Assembly (NCBI RefSeq): GCF_963921235.1
Contig: NC_086107.1
Location: 95,978,001 to 96,042,000, forward strand
Source: Mobula hypostoma
Taxonomy: Eukaryota
DNA length: 64,000 nucleotides
Reading direction: 5' to 3'
The notes beneath the pieces are model-generated. The model saw only the letters and a program-made list of their open reading frames with translations, did not search any database and had not been told where the DNA came from. The position numbers and the translations under genes are program-made. Positions 50,909-63,694 of the stretch are shown here, one piece after another; within the stretch, counting starts at the first letter, position 1, and each line of letters starts with the position of its first letter.

Positions 50909-51282
50909 TGTCCTGAACTGTATCTTAAAGGCAGGTTTACAGTTTTTAACAATGTGCTAATTCAGCAGATTGTTACTTAGTGCTTTATCTGGCCTCATCC
51001 TGAAGTTTTCCATTCACTGATTAACACAAACATTCATTGATTGCCTTCCCCTGTGTAGTTTCAGTGGGACAGAATCAGAATGTCCCACACCAAATGATTG
51101 GTTACTCCAGCACAAAGTATCAGTTGGGAGTTAATACGTGTACAGATTTTATTTCCTAAAAACTGGCTCTCATTTAGTTCATCCACAATTATGCAATCCA
51201 TAATTTCATAACTCCTAAATAATCCCTAACAGTCTCAAAAAAACATGACCTTCACTGAGTTGGTGGTCAGCAACACTTGCCT

Positions 51283-51289
51283 GTGTGTG

Positions 51290-51343
<54 letters not shown>
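51283..51343. repeat. (TG)n microsatellite
   Basis: Directly visible. Confidence 0.95.
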
Positions 51344-51344
<1 letters not shown>

Positions 51345-51544
51345 ATCCACCCCTGGGAACAACCTATAGATCACAGAGTCTCTGATACAAAGAACAGGGC
51401 TGAGCTGTCTGAACTCAACCTAGTGCGGTCTGGCTGTGCTCCATCTGTAAGGGGTGCTGAAGGCGTCACTCATCGTGGCATTTTTAACCATTTCCATCAG
51501 GAACCTGGAGGTTCCATCCATTCTGCTATTGGGACTAGTCGACT

Positions 51545-52380
51545 TTGCTATTGGTGACTAGTGGTGTTCCACAAGGGTCTGTGTTGTGACTGCTCTTTTT
51601 TACGTTATATGTCAATGACTTCGATGACAGAATTGATGGCTTTGTGGCCAAGTATGCAGATGATACAAATATAGATAGAGGGGCAGGTAGTTGTGAGAAA
51701 GTAGAGAGGCTACAGAAGGACAGGCAGTTTAGGAGAATGGGCAAAGAAGTTCCAGATGGAATGCAATGTCGGGTTGAGTCAGTGGTGGAGGCGGCAAATG
51801 CAATGTTACCATTCATTTTGAGAGGAGTAGAATATAAAAGCAAGGATGTAGTGCTGAGGCTTTATAGAGTATTGGTGAGGCCTCAATTGGAGTATTGTGA
51901 GCAGGTCTGGGCCCCTTGACTTAGAAAGGATGTGCTGAACTGGAAAGGGTTCAAAGGAGGTTCACAAAAATGATTCCAGGATTGAAAGGCTTGTCATATG
52001 AGGAGTGTTAGATGGCTCTGTCCCTCTACTCTCTGGAATTCAGAAGAATGAGGGGTGACATTGAATCCTATCAAATGTTGAAAGAGCTCAATAGAATGGA
52101 TGTGGAGAGGATGTTTCCTATTGTGGGGGAGTCCAAAACCAGAGGACACAGCCCCATAATAGAGGGTGTCTTTTTAGAAGGAGATACAGAGGAATTTCTT
52201 TAGCCAGAGAGTGGTGAATCTGTGGAATTTGTTGCCAGAAGTAGCAGTGGAGGCCAAGTTGTTGGGTATATTTAAGGCAGAGGTTGATCGATTATTGATT
52301 AGTCAGGGCATGAAAGGCTATACAGAGGAGGACGGAGATTGGGGCTGAGAGGGAAGTGGCCCAATTCTGTTACTATATCT
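51545..52380 (+). mobile_element. CR1 LINE 3' fragment
   Basis: AKYADDT, LYRVLVRPQLEYC, LYSLEFRRMRGD. Confidence 0.85.
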
Positions 52381-52399
52381 GCCAGCCACTTTGATGGTA

Positions 52400-54410
52400 C
52401 AGTTGAAGTTACCAGCCAGAATGACTGACTGAGATGTCACCAGCAGCAGTGGAAGCTGCTGGAGGATGGCCAGTCGCTTGTTCCTCACAGTTGAGGCATA
52501 AGCTATTAATTAACCAGTGCGGAGTACTAAGGTACATTACTTATACCAGGAGGAGACACCTCTCCCAATCACGTCTTTGACGCCAATGATTGAAAAATTG
52601 ACTGCCTGAAGCAGAATCCCCAGATCAGGAGTGTGACTGTCATTGCCCCCTGACCACACAGACAAACTGTGGGACCACCATCGTGACCACCTCTGGTAGT
52701 TGAAGAGGTATGGTAGCCTGTACTCCTGTAAGGATATCGTGACAACCTTGAACTTGGCAAGGCATTGACATTCTTCACACTGTGCATGGCCAATGGAGGA
52801 ACTGTGTCTTGGAATTAGAATTCTAGTTCACCATCCCTCATGCCTGCAGCCTTGGTGAACTGCTTTACTGCTTGTGGGTGCAGATACTGAGTATGGTCCT
52901 CCCCTGAACAGGATGGGTCAACACTTGTGTTGTCTCTGGGGGGAGGTTGGTCTCCACTTCTGCTTCTGATATCTTGCTCTGGTTGATCAACCCCCTCCCC
53001 CGCTCTGAGCTGGGGTGCGCCATCTGTTAGTCTGTTCTGCTCGCGGTCTCCTGGAGTGGGGTGATCTGCTCCTGTGCTGCCCTCAGTCTCCCGGGGATAA
53101 GAGGAGGCCAGCAGAATTTGTTCCTCACCCATTTGTGCCTGTTGGCTCTCTTTCTCTCTGCCTTCTCCTTTCTGCACTTCCTCTGCCTGTGTTATCAGTT
53201 TCCCACAGTTGCTTCACCCTCTGACGATGAGAGGTTGTTGGCACCTTTCTGCTGCCCTGCCCTTCTCTTCCCATTCCTTTTACTCCGAGCAGTCTGTTGT
53301 CTCTCTGGGAATTCTTCTTTTCACCACCGGCCATTCGTTCTCTTGCTCATCTGCTTTCCCCTCCTCCACTTGGGGAAGGCCTGGAGTCTCAAAGCTGAGG
53401 GCTGGGAGCTCGAGGCAGTCGGCCTTTCCCCAGTTCAGTCTCGGCTAAGGCCGCTGTGCTGCTAGTGGGGGTGTCACCATTTCTCTGGGGGTTCTCAGTT
53501 CCGGCTCCCCCTCTAGTTGCTTGTGTGTAGATGCTGGCATGTTTCGGCCAGACCGTAGAGAGGTGGCCTGCCTCTCCACACAGGTTTTGCTTCCCCTGCA
53601 GTCCTTTGTCCTGTGGCCTTCCTGTTCTGTAGTTCTTGCAGGTTGCCGCACTGCACTGGGCCGTGACACGTCCAGACGAGTTGCAGTTACAGCACAGCCT
53701 GGGTTGACCGACATGAGGCAAGTAACTGTCGTTCCCTCTGACAGTGAAGAATGAGAGAGGGTGGATGATGGCAATACTCACGTTCACCCTCAGCTTGACC
53801 ATCACCTGGCGCTTACTTGTCCAAATCCTGAACGTGTCCTTGATGTCTACGCAGTTTTCTGTTCCCTCGGTGTAATGGGTAATGAAGGCGAGGACATCCA
53901 TTACGAGCACCTGTGGGTTGAACCTGTTCACTGCGATCACACGGTCCTCTGGGAGGGGACAGACAAGAGTGGCCGCACCTTCAGAAATCACAACGGCACC
54001 TAGTTCTCCCTTTCTCCTAAAAGTTCCACAGCAATGTCAACCATCCCACCATATACTTGAAGGTGACATTGAAAAAGCCCTTAGCAGTGAAGTTTTGGAC
54101 ATAGCAAAGGTTCTTCACCTGAAACTTATAGCATTCTGGCAGGACCTTCTGAAGAGAGCACTCCACGATGAAGGGGTTTCCCTCATTGCCACCCTGACTG
54201 TGTTTCGAATCCCCGGTCCTCTTGCCGATCTGTTACTGCAGCCGCCCTGACTGAGCTCAGGTGTTGCACAATTGCTGGAAAGGGGTGTGACATTGGGCTC
54301 CAAATCTGCATGAGCATCCACTCCTACGTTAGCAAGTTAGGCTCTTACCAGCAGCCTCTTATCTTCTTCAATGTCGGTGTCTGCAGAGATCTACCTCGAG
54401 CTGGTTCCTG
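52400..54410 (-). mobile_element. Tx1/Keno-like copy D (older): ORF1 and start of ORF2
   Basis: GPGIRNTVRV, FNPQVLVMDVLAFI, IWTSKRQVMVKL, GQPRLCCNC, CGEAGHL; homologous to copy C. Confidence 0.82.
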
Positions 54411-54451
54411 CAGATGCTACACTTGATCTCAGGCAATAGGCCCAGACAGAT
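54411..54451 (-). pseudogene. U2: Degraded U2 snRNA 5' portion (about nt 1-42) at copy D 5' junction
   Basis: Minus strand ATCTGTCTGGGCCTATTGCCTGAGATCAAGTGTAGCATCTG resembles U2 nt 1-42. Confidence 0.75.
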
Positions 54452-54799
54452 CACTGGGTCACAAGTTATTATGGGGACTCATGCAGGTGTAGTGTTATTC
54501 TCCCTTTCATGCATAAAAGGTGTTGAGTCCATTTGGGAGTGAAGTATGACTGCCATTTATGCTGCTTGGGTTCACCTTATAGGAAGTAACAGTGAATGAA
54601 CCCTACCACACCCGTCGTGCACCTGATTGTGTCTCTAACTTCACACACAATTGCCTTTTTGCTTGCATGATAGCATTTTAAAGGACAGACCTGGACTACA
54701 TCTCAGATTCTGAATCACTTGTTTTGAACACCACAGACCTAGCCCTTGGTAGACTGTGAATCTTCTAGTCCATCCAGGGTTTCTGGTTTTCTTTTAGTT

Positions 54800-56760
54800 T
54801 GGCAGACAAGAGACGACAAAGACAGCATGGAAGCTGTACTTTAGCAAAAATTAGCGAGATGTTAGAGGATTGGGAAGCTGTTAAAAACAAACAAAAGTTA
54901 ACTAAAAAAAGCTATAAGAGAGAAAAGATGAAACATGAAGGTGATCGAGCCAATAAATATAACACAGGATAGCGGAAGTTTTCTTGAGATATATAAAGAG
55001 AAAAAGAGATGCAAGAATGGATATCAGACCACTGTAAAATTACACTGAAGAGGTAATAATGGGGAACAAGGAACTGGTGGAAGAACTTAGGAAGTGTTTT
55101 TGTCCGTCTTCACTGGAAGGCATTAGCAGTATGCCAGAAATTCGAGAGTCACGGGGGTAGATGAGAGTGTAGTTGCTATTACAAAGCAAAGGTGCTTGGG
55201 CAGCTGAAAGATCTGAAGGAAGGTAAGTCGCCTGGACTAGAAGGATAACACCCCAGGGTTCTGAAAGAGGTGGCTGAAGAGATTGTGGAGACATTAGTGG
55301 TGATCTTTCAAGAATCATCTGATTTTGTAATAGTTCTGGAGGACTGGAATATTCCAAATGTCACCCCACCCTTTAAGAAGGGAGGGAAGCAAAAATCAGG
55401 AAATTATAGGCCAGTTAGCCTGATTTCAATGGTTGGGAAGATTATTATTAAGAGTCCATTATTAAGGATGAGATTTCAGGATACTTGGAGGCACATGATA
55501 AAATAGGCCAAAGTCAGCATGGTTCCCTTAAGGGGAAATCTTGCCTGACAAATCTGTTTATACAGTTGAGGAAATAACAGGCAGTGAGTGAGTGCTGCTT
55601 ACTTGGATTTTCAGAAGGCCTTTGGCAAGGTGCTGCACAAGAGGCTGCTAAACAAGATAAGGGCCCATGGTATTACAGGAAAGATAGTAACATGGATAGA
55701 AGATTAGCTGACTGACAGGAGGCAAAGGATGGCTGCTGGTGACTAGTGGTGCTCTGCAGGGGTCAGTATTAGGACTATATCTCTTCACATTATGTGTCAG
55801 TGATCTGGATGACAGAATTGATAGCTTTGTGGCCAAGTTTGAGGACGATATAAAAGTAGGTGGAATCCAGGTAGTGTTGAAGAAGCAGGGAGTCTGCAGA
55901 AGATTAGATAAATTAGACGACAGATTAGAAGATTGGGTGAAGAAGTAGCAGATAGAATACACTTCAGGTAAGTGTATGGTCATACATGTTTGTAGAAGAA
56001 ATAAAGGCAGAGGGTATTTCCCAAATGCAGAGCAAATTCATTAAGCAGAGGTGCAAGAAGATTTGGAGATGCTTGTGCAGGACTCCCTAACAGTTAATAT
56101 GCAGATTGAGTCAATGGCAATGAAGGCAAATGGAATGTTAGCATTGATTTTGAGAAGACTAGAATAGAAACTGAAAATGCAATGCTGGGGCTTAGTAACA
56201 TATTGGTCAGACCACACTTGAAGTATTGTGAGCAATTTGGGGCCCCTTACGTAAGGAAGGATGTGCTACCATTTGAATACGTCCAGAGGAGGTTCACAAG
56301 AATGATCCTAGAAATGAAAGGGTTAACGTATGAGGGCCCTGGCCCTATACTTGCTAGAATTTAGAAGAATGAACGGGGATCTGATTGAAACTTATCAAAT
56401 ATTGAAAGGTTGAGATAGAGTGGACACGGATAGGAGGTTTCCAATAGTGGACTAGTCTAGGACCAGAGACCACAGTCATGGAATTCAAGGACGTCCCTTT
56501 AGAACAGAGATGAGGAGGAATTTCTTTAGCCAAAGGGTGATGAATCTGTGGAATTCATTGCCACAGACGGCTGTGGAGGACAAGTCATTGGGTACATTAT
56601 GGTAAAGGTTGATAGGTTCTTCATTAGCAGGGGCACCAAAGGTCACGGGGAGAAGGCAGTAGAACACAGTTGAGAGGGCTAATAAATCAGCCATGATGCA
56701 ATCACAGAACGAATTTGATAGGCCAAATGTCCTAATTGTTCTTCTATGTCTTATGGTCAT
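54800..56760 (+). mobile_element. CR1 LINE ORF2/3' end, decayed
   Basis: GNYRPVSL, SGALQGSVLG, VRPHLKYC motifs; CR1-type tail at ~56745. Confidence 0.85.
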
Positions 56761-56961
56761 ATGGTCTTCTGGCTAAGAGAGAGAGAGGTGTCTGGCAGAC
56801 CAGTCCTCTGGGAATGAAAGCTGGAATTGGCTGTCCTCCAGGAACTGGTTGTTGAAGTGCCAGTTCGCAGACCCCACCTGCACAGGCAGTGGAATTGCAC
56901 CCCAACCACACCAGGATTGGACCGAGGACAGCATTGGTCACGTGGAGGCTGCCGAGACACC

Positions 56962-58235
56962 CCTGTGAATTGTTGACGGAGTAACCCACTCACCTCGTCC
57001 TGGCTCCAGTCCCTACTGATCAGGGTGGCTGCAGCAATGCCGGCTACATTGTAGGAATGGGTTTTGAGCAGACTAGTCCATGTTATATCTCTCTTTCCTA
57101 AACATGTGACAGCTGCTGCCTCCCTTGGTATATCTACTCTCAGGATAGCATTTTTGCTTTTTGCCAGACCCAGGGCATTCACCCTTATCTCATGTACTTG
57201 AGATTGGGTTGTCTCTGCCTTCACTGTGCAGGGATAACACTCACTGCAGCTACCTTATGAGCTCTTTCCTCTCCTCCAATCTATATCACCAGCCCATGAT
57301 ACTATTCTGCACTGCTGGGCTGTACTATCCACAGATTAGACAGGCATCTGGTTTTTCAACAAGACATGCATGTCTTTAGGGTGCTTCTGTGGAATTCTTT
57401 CCATTTAATGGGTCAAAGCTCTGCATTCCCATATGCAGTCCTGAGCTGAGAGGTTTATGGATGTTTGCAGTCAGTGTCAGGTGCTGGTTGGGTCTGAAAG
57501 GGAGCTGCTGCTGTCAGGTGTTATTAGGTGCCAAGCTGACTTACACTGCCGGGTGTAACCTTTCCCTCAGAACTTTGATTATTCATTTCCAAATGTTGAA
57601 TATTCCGACACTAATGGCCCTCTTGGGTCGGGTTTCAAAGGTCTCACACACACACATGCGCACGTTTCACTGTATGGTCTTCATGCATCTTTGGATATCC
57701 GAATGGCCCCTCTCACATTGGGCATTCTCAGTAGCCAGACTACACTAACTTTTGTGCCCCACCCTCAGAGTTGAGCTGGTTAATTTGCACGAGTACATGT
57801 ACATATTAATGCAATGAAAATGTTAATGGCAGCAGCATCACAGACACAAGAAAAATATAAACATTTATTCTACAAAATTATACGGAACGTGCACAATTAG
57901 AACAAAAAGACAACAAAGTCCATTGTCGTGCCAAGTTGGGCATTGGGTGGCATGATAGTTTAATGTCTAGCATAATGATTTACAGTGCCTGTGATTGAAG
58001 TTCCGTTCCTGCCACTGTCTGTAAGGGGTTTGTAGGCTCCCCCCATCATTGCATGGGTTCCCTCCCAGATTCAAAACGTTTGGGTTAGTAAGTTGTGGAC
58101 AGGCTATGTTGGCAACAGAAGCATGGCAACACTCGTGGGCTGCTGCCCGCACGTCCTCGGACTGTGTTGACCATTGTGGCAAACAACACATTTCACTGTA
58201 AGTTTCGATCTACATGTGACAAATAAAGCTCATCG
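56962..58235 (-). repeat. Right arm of diverged inverted duplication (partner 43822-46392)
   Basis: For example ORFs 44313-44528(-) and 57389-57748(+) share NIP.LMALLG...EWPL..WAF..ARLH. Confidence 0.9.
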
Positions 58236-58249
58236 ATCCTTTAAAGTTG

Positions 58250-58985
58250 TGATAGGGTTGCTATACCCAGGTATTGATTAGGGTTGTGTAGGTTGGTTCA
58301 AGAAGCAAATAGTTGAGTGGCAGCAGGTGTTTTTAAACATGGTGGTGTGGGGCTTCAGACTTCTGTCCCATTGTAGCAGGACCCAAATGGTGGATATCTT
58401 TGATGGATGCTGTCTTCTTGATGAAGTGGCTCATGTAGTTAATATTGGTGTCGGGGAGGGATGTGCCAGTGATGTAGTGTGTTGAATCCATTCCTCTCTA
58501 CAGCTTCTTGTGGTCCTGTGCATTCAAACTGTCACACCAGGCTATAATGCAAGTAATCAGGATAAATTAACAGTATCTGTGGACATTTGAGGTGTTCTGT
58601 GACATGCTGAGCTTCAATCTTCTAAGGAACTAAAGACATTGGTGTACCTTCCTTATGACTGTATCGCCACTGGGCCCAGGGCAGGTCATTGGAATTTAAA
58701 GCTGATGTCTCTCCACCGCTGATCCATCAATGTGACTCGCACATGTTCACCCTCTTTCTCCTTCCTGAAGTTAAAGATCAATTCTTCAGTTTTACTGCTG
58801 AGGAGTGAGAGATTGTTGGGGCACCACTCAACCAGGTGCCCTATCTCACTGTTGTGCACTGACTCATCACCAGTGAATCGCCCAAAAACAGTGGAGTCTT
58901 TAAGCAAGTTTGTACATGACTTTGGAGCTGTGCTTAGCCACATGGTTGTGTGTATAGGGAGTAAAGCAGGGCTAAGCATGCAGCA
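58250..58985 (-). mobile_element. Old Rex1/L2-like RT fragment
   Basis: LVEWCPNNLSLLSSKTEELIFNFRK resembles the WC..NNL.LN..KTKEL..DFR motif. Confidence 0.65.
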
Positions 58986-59954
58986 ATTCTGCCTGTCTCT
59001 GTCTGTTTGCAGAAACACAGTGAGGCAGTTGGATTTACCCAAGTGTGGATGAGAAATGGACTGGTAGTATAACTATATGGCGGTATCACTGTAGTCAAGT
59101 ATTCTGAGTCTCTGATGTTCCCTAGAGTACAGAATTAACTTGGTAGCAAAGGTCCCAATTCCTCTGCTAACTGCTGAGCTGATTCTTGTGATGTTGTGGG
59201 TGCAGAAACAGGACGGACTGTAAGAATGCTAAATCAAACTCATTTCTGATCTATATCACTTGCACTGACATTGCTTCAGTTAGCGATACAGTTAGACAGT
59301 CACACCTCCTAGACCATACCTGACAACCCGCAGGATTGCCATTGTCACTGTTGTGGCTGATTAAAGTCACTGGTGAGAAACTGAAGCTGGTGATATAGAG
59401 AAGCACAAGCTGGAGATTCTCTCAGTAGAGGCTCACAAATCCAAAGGCATATCACGTTTTTATACCCGAAAGATCAGAAGTAACAGTAGCTGATATAATA
59501 CAATTTTAACAATTACAGTGACAGTCTTTCTTTCTACAAACGGTATATTTAGGGTTGACAATGCTTCCTTTGAATTGCATATCCACAGCGACAGACACCC
59601 TGAATGATCAAACACCTTTGTCACAAAACAATTCACGCAAAATAGTCTAAAAGCTTCTGGATATAGGAACCCCAGACACCCAAAATTAATGTCAGGATTA
59701 TGTCTGAGTACACAAATATCTTAAATACACTAAAACAATTGATTGCTGCTTCCTGTGACCATGCTGAGTGTCAATGTCTATCTGGTCTGCCAGCTTGCAC
59801 TCAAGTCACAATATGGTGTAATTAATTTTGCCTTTGTTGCCTGGTTTGATGCAAGCCTATTAACACAACCCCATTGTTTTAATGTTTGGCTCTTGTGTAC
59901 GCAGTCCCTCAGTTTGTGGAGCAGCCTGTGCTTTTAGCTTCAATGTACTGAAAC

Positions 59955-62900
59955 ATAGCAACATAAAAAACCTACAGCACAATACAGGCCCTTCAGCCCA
60001 CAATACTGTGCCGAACATGTACTTACTTTAAAAATTAATTTGGATTACCCATAACCCTCTATTTTTCTAAGCTCCACGACCTATTAAGGAGCCTCTTAAA
60101 AGGCCCTATTGTATCCATCTCCACCACTGTCGCCCGCAGCCCATTCCACGCACTCACCACTCTCTGCATAAAAAACTTAACCCTGACATCTCCTCTGTAC
60201 CGACTTCCAAGCACCTTAAAACTATGTCCTCTTGTGGCAGCCATTTCAGCCCTGGGAAAAAGCCTCTGACTATCCAGATGATCAATGCCTCTCATCATCT
60301 TATACACCTCTAACAGGTCACCTCTCATCCTATGTTACTCCAAGAAGAAAAGGCCAAGTTCATTCAACCTATTCTCATAAGGCATGCTCGCCAATCCAGG
60401 CAATATCCTTGTAAATCTCCTCTGCACCCTTTCTATAGTTTCCACATCCTTCCTGTACTGAGGTAACCAGAACTGAGCACAGAACTCCAAGTGGGGTCTG
60501 ACCAGGGTCCTATCAAGCTGTAACATTACCTTTCGGCTCTTGAACTCAATCCCATGGTTGATGAAGGCCAATACACCGTACGCCTTCTTAACCACACAGT
60601 CAACCTGCGCAGTAGCTTTGAGTGTCCTATGGACTCGGGCCCCAAGAACCTTCTGATCTGCCACACTGCCAAGAGTCTTACCATTAATACTATATTCTGC
60701 CATCATACTTGACGTACCAAAATGAACCACCATTTTGGGTTGAACTCCATCTGCCACTTTTCAGCCAGTTTTGCATCCTATCAATGTCCCGCTGTGACCT
60801 CTGACAGCCCTCCACACTATTCACAACACCCCCAACCTTTGTGTCATCTACAAATTTACTAACACATCCCTCCCCTTCCTCATCCAGGTCATTTATAAAT
60901 ATCATGAAGAGAAAGGGTCCTAGACAGATCCCTGAGGCACACCACTGTTAACCAACCTCCATGCAGAATATGACCCATCTATAACCACTCTTTGCCTTCT
61001 GTGGGCAAGCCATTTCTAGATCCACAGAGCAAAGTCCCCTTGGATCCCATGCCTACTTACTTTCTCAATAAGCCTTGCATGGGGTACCCTATCAAATGCC
61101 TTGCTGAAATCCATATATACTACATCTACTGCTCTACCTTCATCAATGTGTTAAGTCACATCCTCAAAAAATTCAATCAGGCTCGTGAGGCATGACCTGC
61201 CTTTGACAAAGCCATGCTGACCATTCCTAATCATATTATGCCTCTCCAAATGTTCATAAATCCTGCCTCTCAGCATCTTCTCCATCAACTTATCAACCAC
61301 TGAAGTAAGACTCACTGATCTATAATTTCCTGGGCTATCTCTACTCCATTTCTTGAATAAGGGAACAACATCTGCAACCCTCCAATCCTCTGGAACTTCT
61401 CCCATCCCCATTGATGATGTAAAGATCATTGCCAGAGGCTCAGCAATCTCCTCCCTTGCTTCCCACAGTAGCCTGGGGTACATCTTGTCCGGTCCCAGTG
61501 ACTTATCCAACTTGATGCTTTCCAAAAGCTTCAGCACATCCTCTTCCTTAATATCTATATGCTCAAGCTTTTCAGTCCGCTGTAAGTCATCCCTATAATC
61601 ACCAAGGTCTTTCTCCATAGTGAATACTGAAGCAAAGTATTCATTAAGTACCTCCACTACCTCCTCTGGTTCCATACACAAGTTTCCACTGTCACTCTTG
61701 ATTGGTCCTATTCTCTCACATCTTACCCTCTTGTTCTTCATATACTTGTAGAATTCCTTGGGGTTTTCCTCAATCCTGCTCACCAAGGCTTTCTCATGGC
61801 CCCTTCTGGCTCTCCTAATTTCATTCTTAATCTCCTTCCTGCTAGCCTTATAATTTTCTAGATCTCTATCATTACCTAGTTTTTTGAACATTTCGTAAAC
61901 TCTTCTTTTCTTCTTTACTAGATTTTCTACTGCCTTTGTACACCACAGTTCACAGTTCCTGTAGCCTACCATCCCTTTCCTGTCTCATTGGAACGTACTT
62001 GTGCAGAACACCATGCAAATATCCCCTGAGCACTTGCCACATTTCTGCCATACTGTTCCCAATTTATGCTTCCCTGCCTGATAGCTTCATATTTCCCCTT
62101 ACTCTAGTTGAATGCTTCCCTAACTTGTCTGTTCCTATCCCTCTCCAATGCTATGGTAAAGGAGATAGAATTATGATCACTATCTCCAAAATGCCCTCCC
62201 ACTGAGAGACCTGACACCTGACCAGGTTCATTTCCCAATACCAGATCAAGTACAGCCTCTGCTCTTGTAGGCTTTTCTACCTGCTGTGTCAGGAAACCTT
62301 CCTGAACACACCTAACAAACTCCACCCCATCTAAACCTCTTGCTCTAGGGAGATGCCAATCAATAATGGGGAAATTAAACTCCCCCATCATAACAACCTT
62401 GTTATTACTTCACCATTCCAGAATCTGTCTCCCTATCTGTTCCTCGATGTCCCTGTTACAATTGGGTGGTCTATAAAAACACCCAGTAGAGTTATTGACC
62501 CCTTTCTGTTTCTAACTTCCACCCACAGAGACTCCGTAGACAATCTCTCCATGACTTCCTCCTTTTCTGCAGCCGTGACACTATCTCTGATCAACAGTGC
62601 CGCGCCCCCACCTCTTTTGCCTCCCTCCTTGTCCTTTCTGAAACATCTAAAGCCTGGCACTCCAAGTAGCCATTCCTGCCCCTGAGCCACCCAAGTCTCT
62701 GTAATAGCCACAACATCATACCTCCAAGTACTGATCTATGCTCTAAGCTCATCCGCTTTGTTCATGACGCTTTTTGCATAAAAATAGACACATCTCAAAC
62801 CATCAGTCTGAGCGCATCCCTTCTCTATCACCTGCCTATTCTCCTCCGCACACTGCCTAAAAGCTTTCCCTATTTGTGAGCTAACTGCCTCTTCCTCCGT

Positions 62901-63680
62901 CTCTTCAGTTTGGTTCCCACCCCCCAGCAATCCTAGCTTAAACTCTCCCCAATAGCCTTAGCAACCCTCCCTGCCAGGATATTGGTTCCCCCTCACATTC
63001 AAGTGCAACCCGTCCTTTTTGTACAGGTCACACCTGCCCCAAAAGAGGTCCCAATGATCCAGAAATCTGAATCCCTGTCCCCTGCTCCAATCCCTCAGCC
63101 ATGCATTTATCCTCCAACTCACTCTATTCTGATACTCACTGTCATGTGGCACAGGCAGTAATCCCGAGATTACTATCTTTGAGGTGCTGCTTCTCAGCTT
63201 CTTTCGTAACTCCCTGTAGTCTATTTTCAGGACCTCCTCCCTTTTCCTACCTATATCATTGGTACCAATGTGTACCGCGACCTCTGGATGTTCACCTTCC
63301 CACTTCAGGATATCATAGACACGATCAGAAACATCCCAGACCCTGGCATCTGGGAGGCAAATTACCATCCATGTTCCTTTTCCTGCATCCACAGAATTGC
63401 CTGTCTGACCCCCTAACTATGGAGTCCCCTGTCACTGCTGCCATTCTCTTCCTTTCCCAACCCTTCTGAGTCACAGGGCCAGACTGTGTTAGAGGCGCCG
63501 CCACTGTTGCTTCCCCCAGGTAGGTCGTTCCCCCCAACAGTACTCAAACAGGAGTACTTATTGTTAAGGGGGCAGCCATTGGGATACTCTCTAGTATCTG
63601 ACTCTTGCCCTTCCGTCTCCTGTTACTCACTTATCTGTCTCCCCTGGCCCCGGTGTGACTACTTGCCTATAGCTCCTTTC
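59955..63680 (-). mobile_element. Near-full-length CR1 LINE: ORF1 SGNH esterase + ORF2 APE endonuclease/RT, frameshifted
   Basis: ORF1: GDSIVRG, VHIGTNDIG, DGLHLN. ORF2: AITETW, MGEFN, LDLVL, SDHN, GPDK, GNYRSVSLTS, QHGF, FVDDTK. Confidence 0.93.
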
Positions 63681-63694
63681 TGGGGTGTATGGGG

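Noticed and set aside
56763..56778. GGTCTTCTGGCTAAGA resembling U2 nt 11-26
   Set aside because: Only 16 nt with two mismatches, at a CR1 tail and with no adjacent Tx1 sequence; could be chance.
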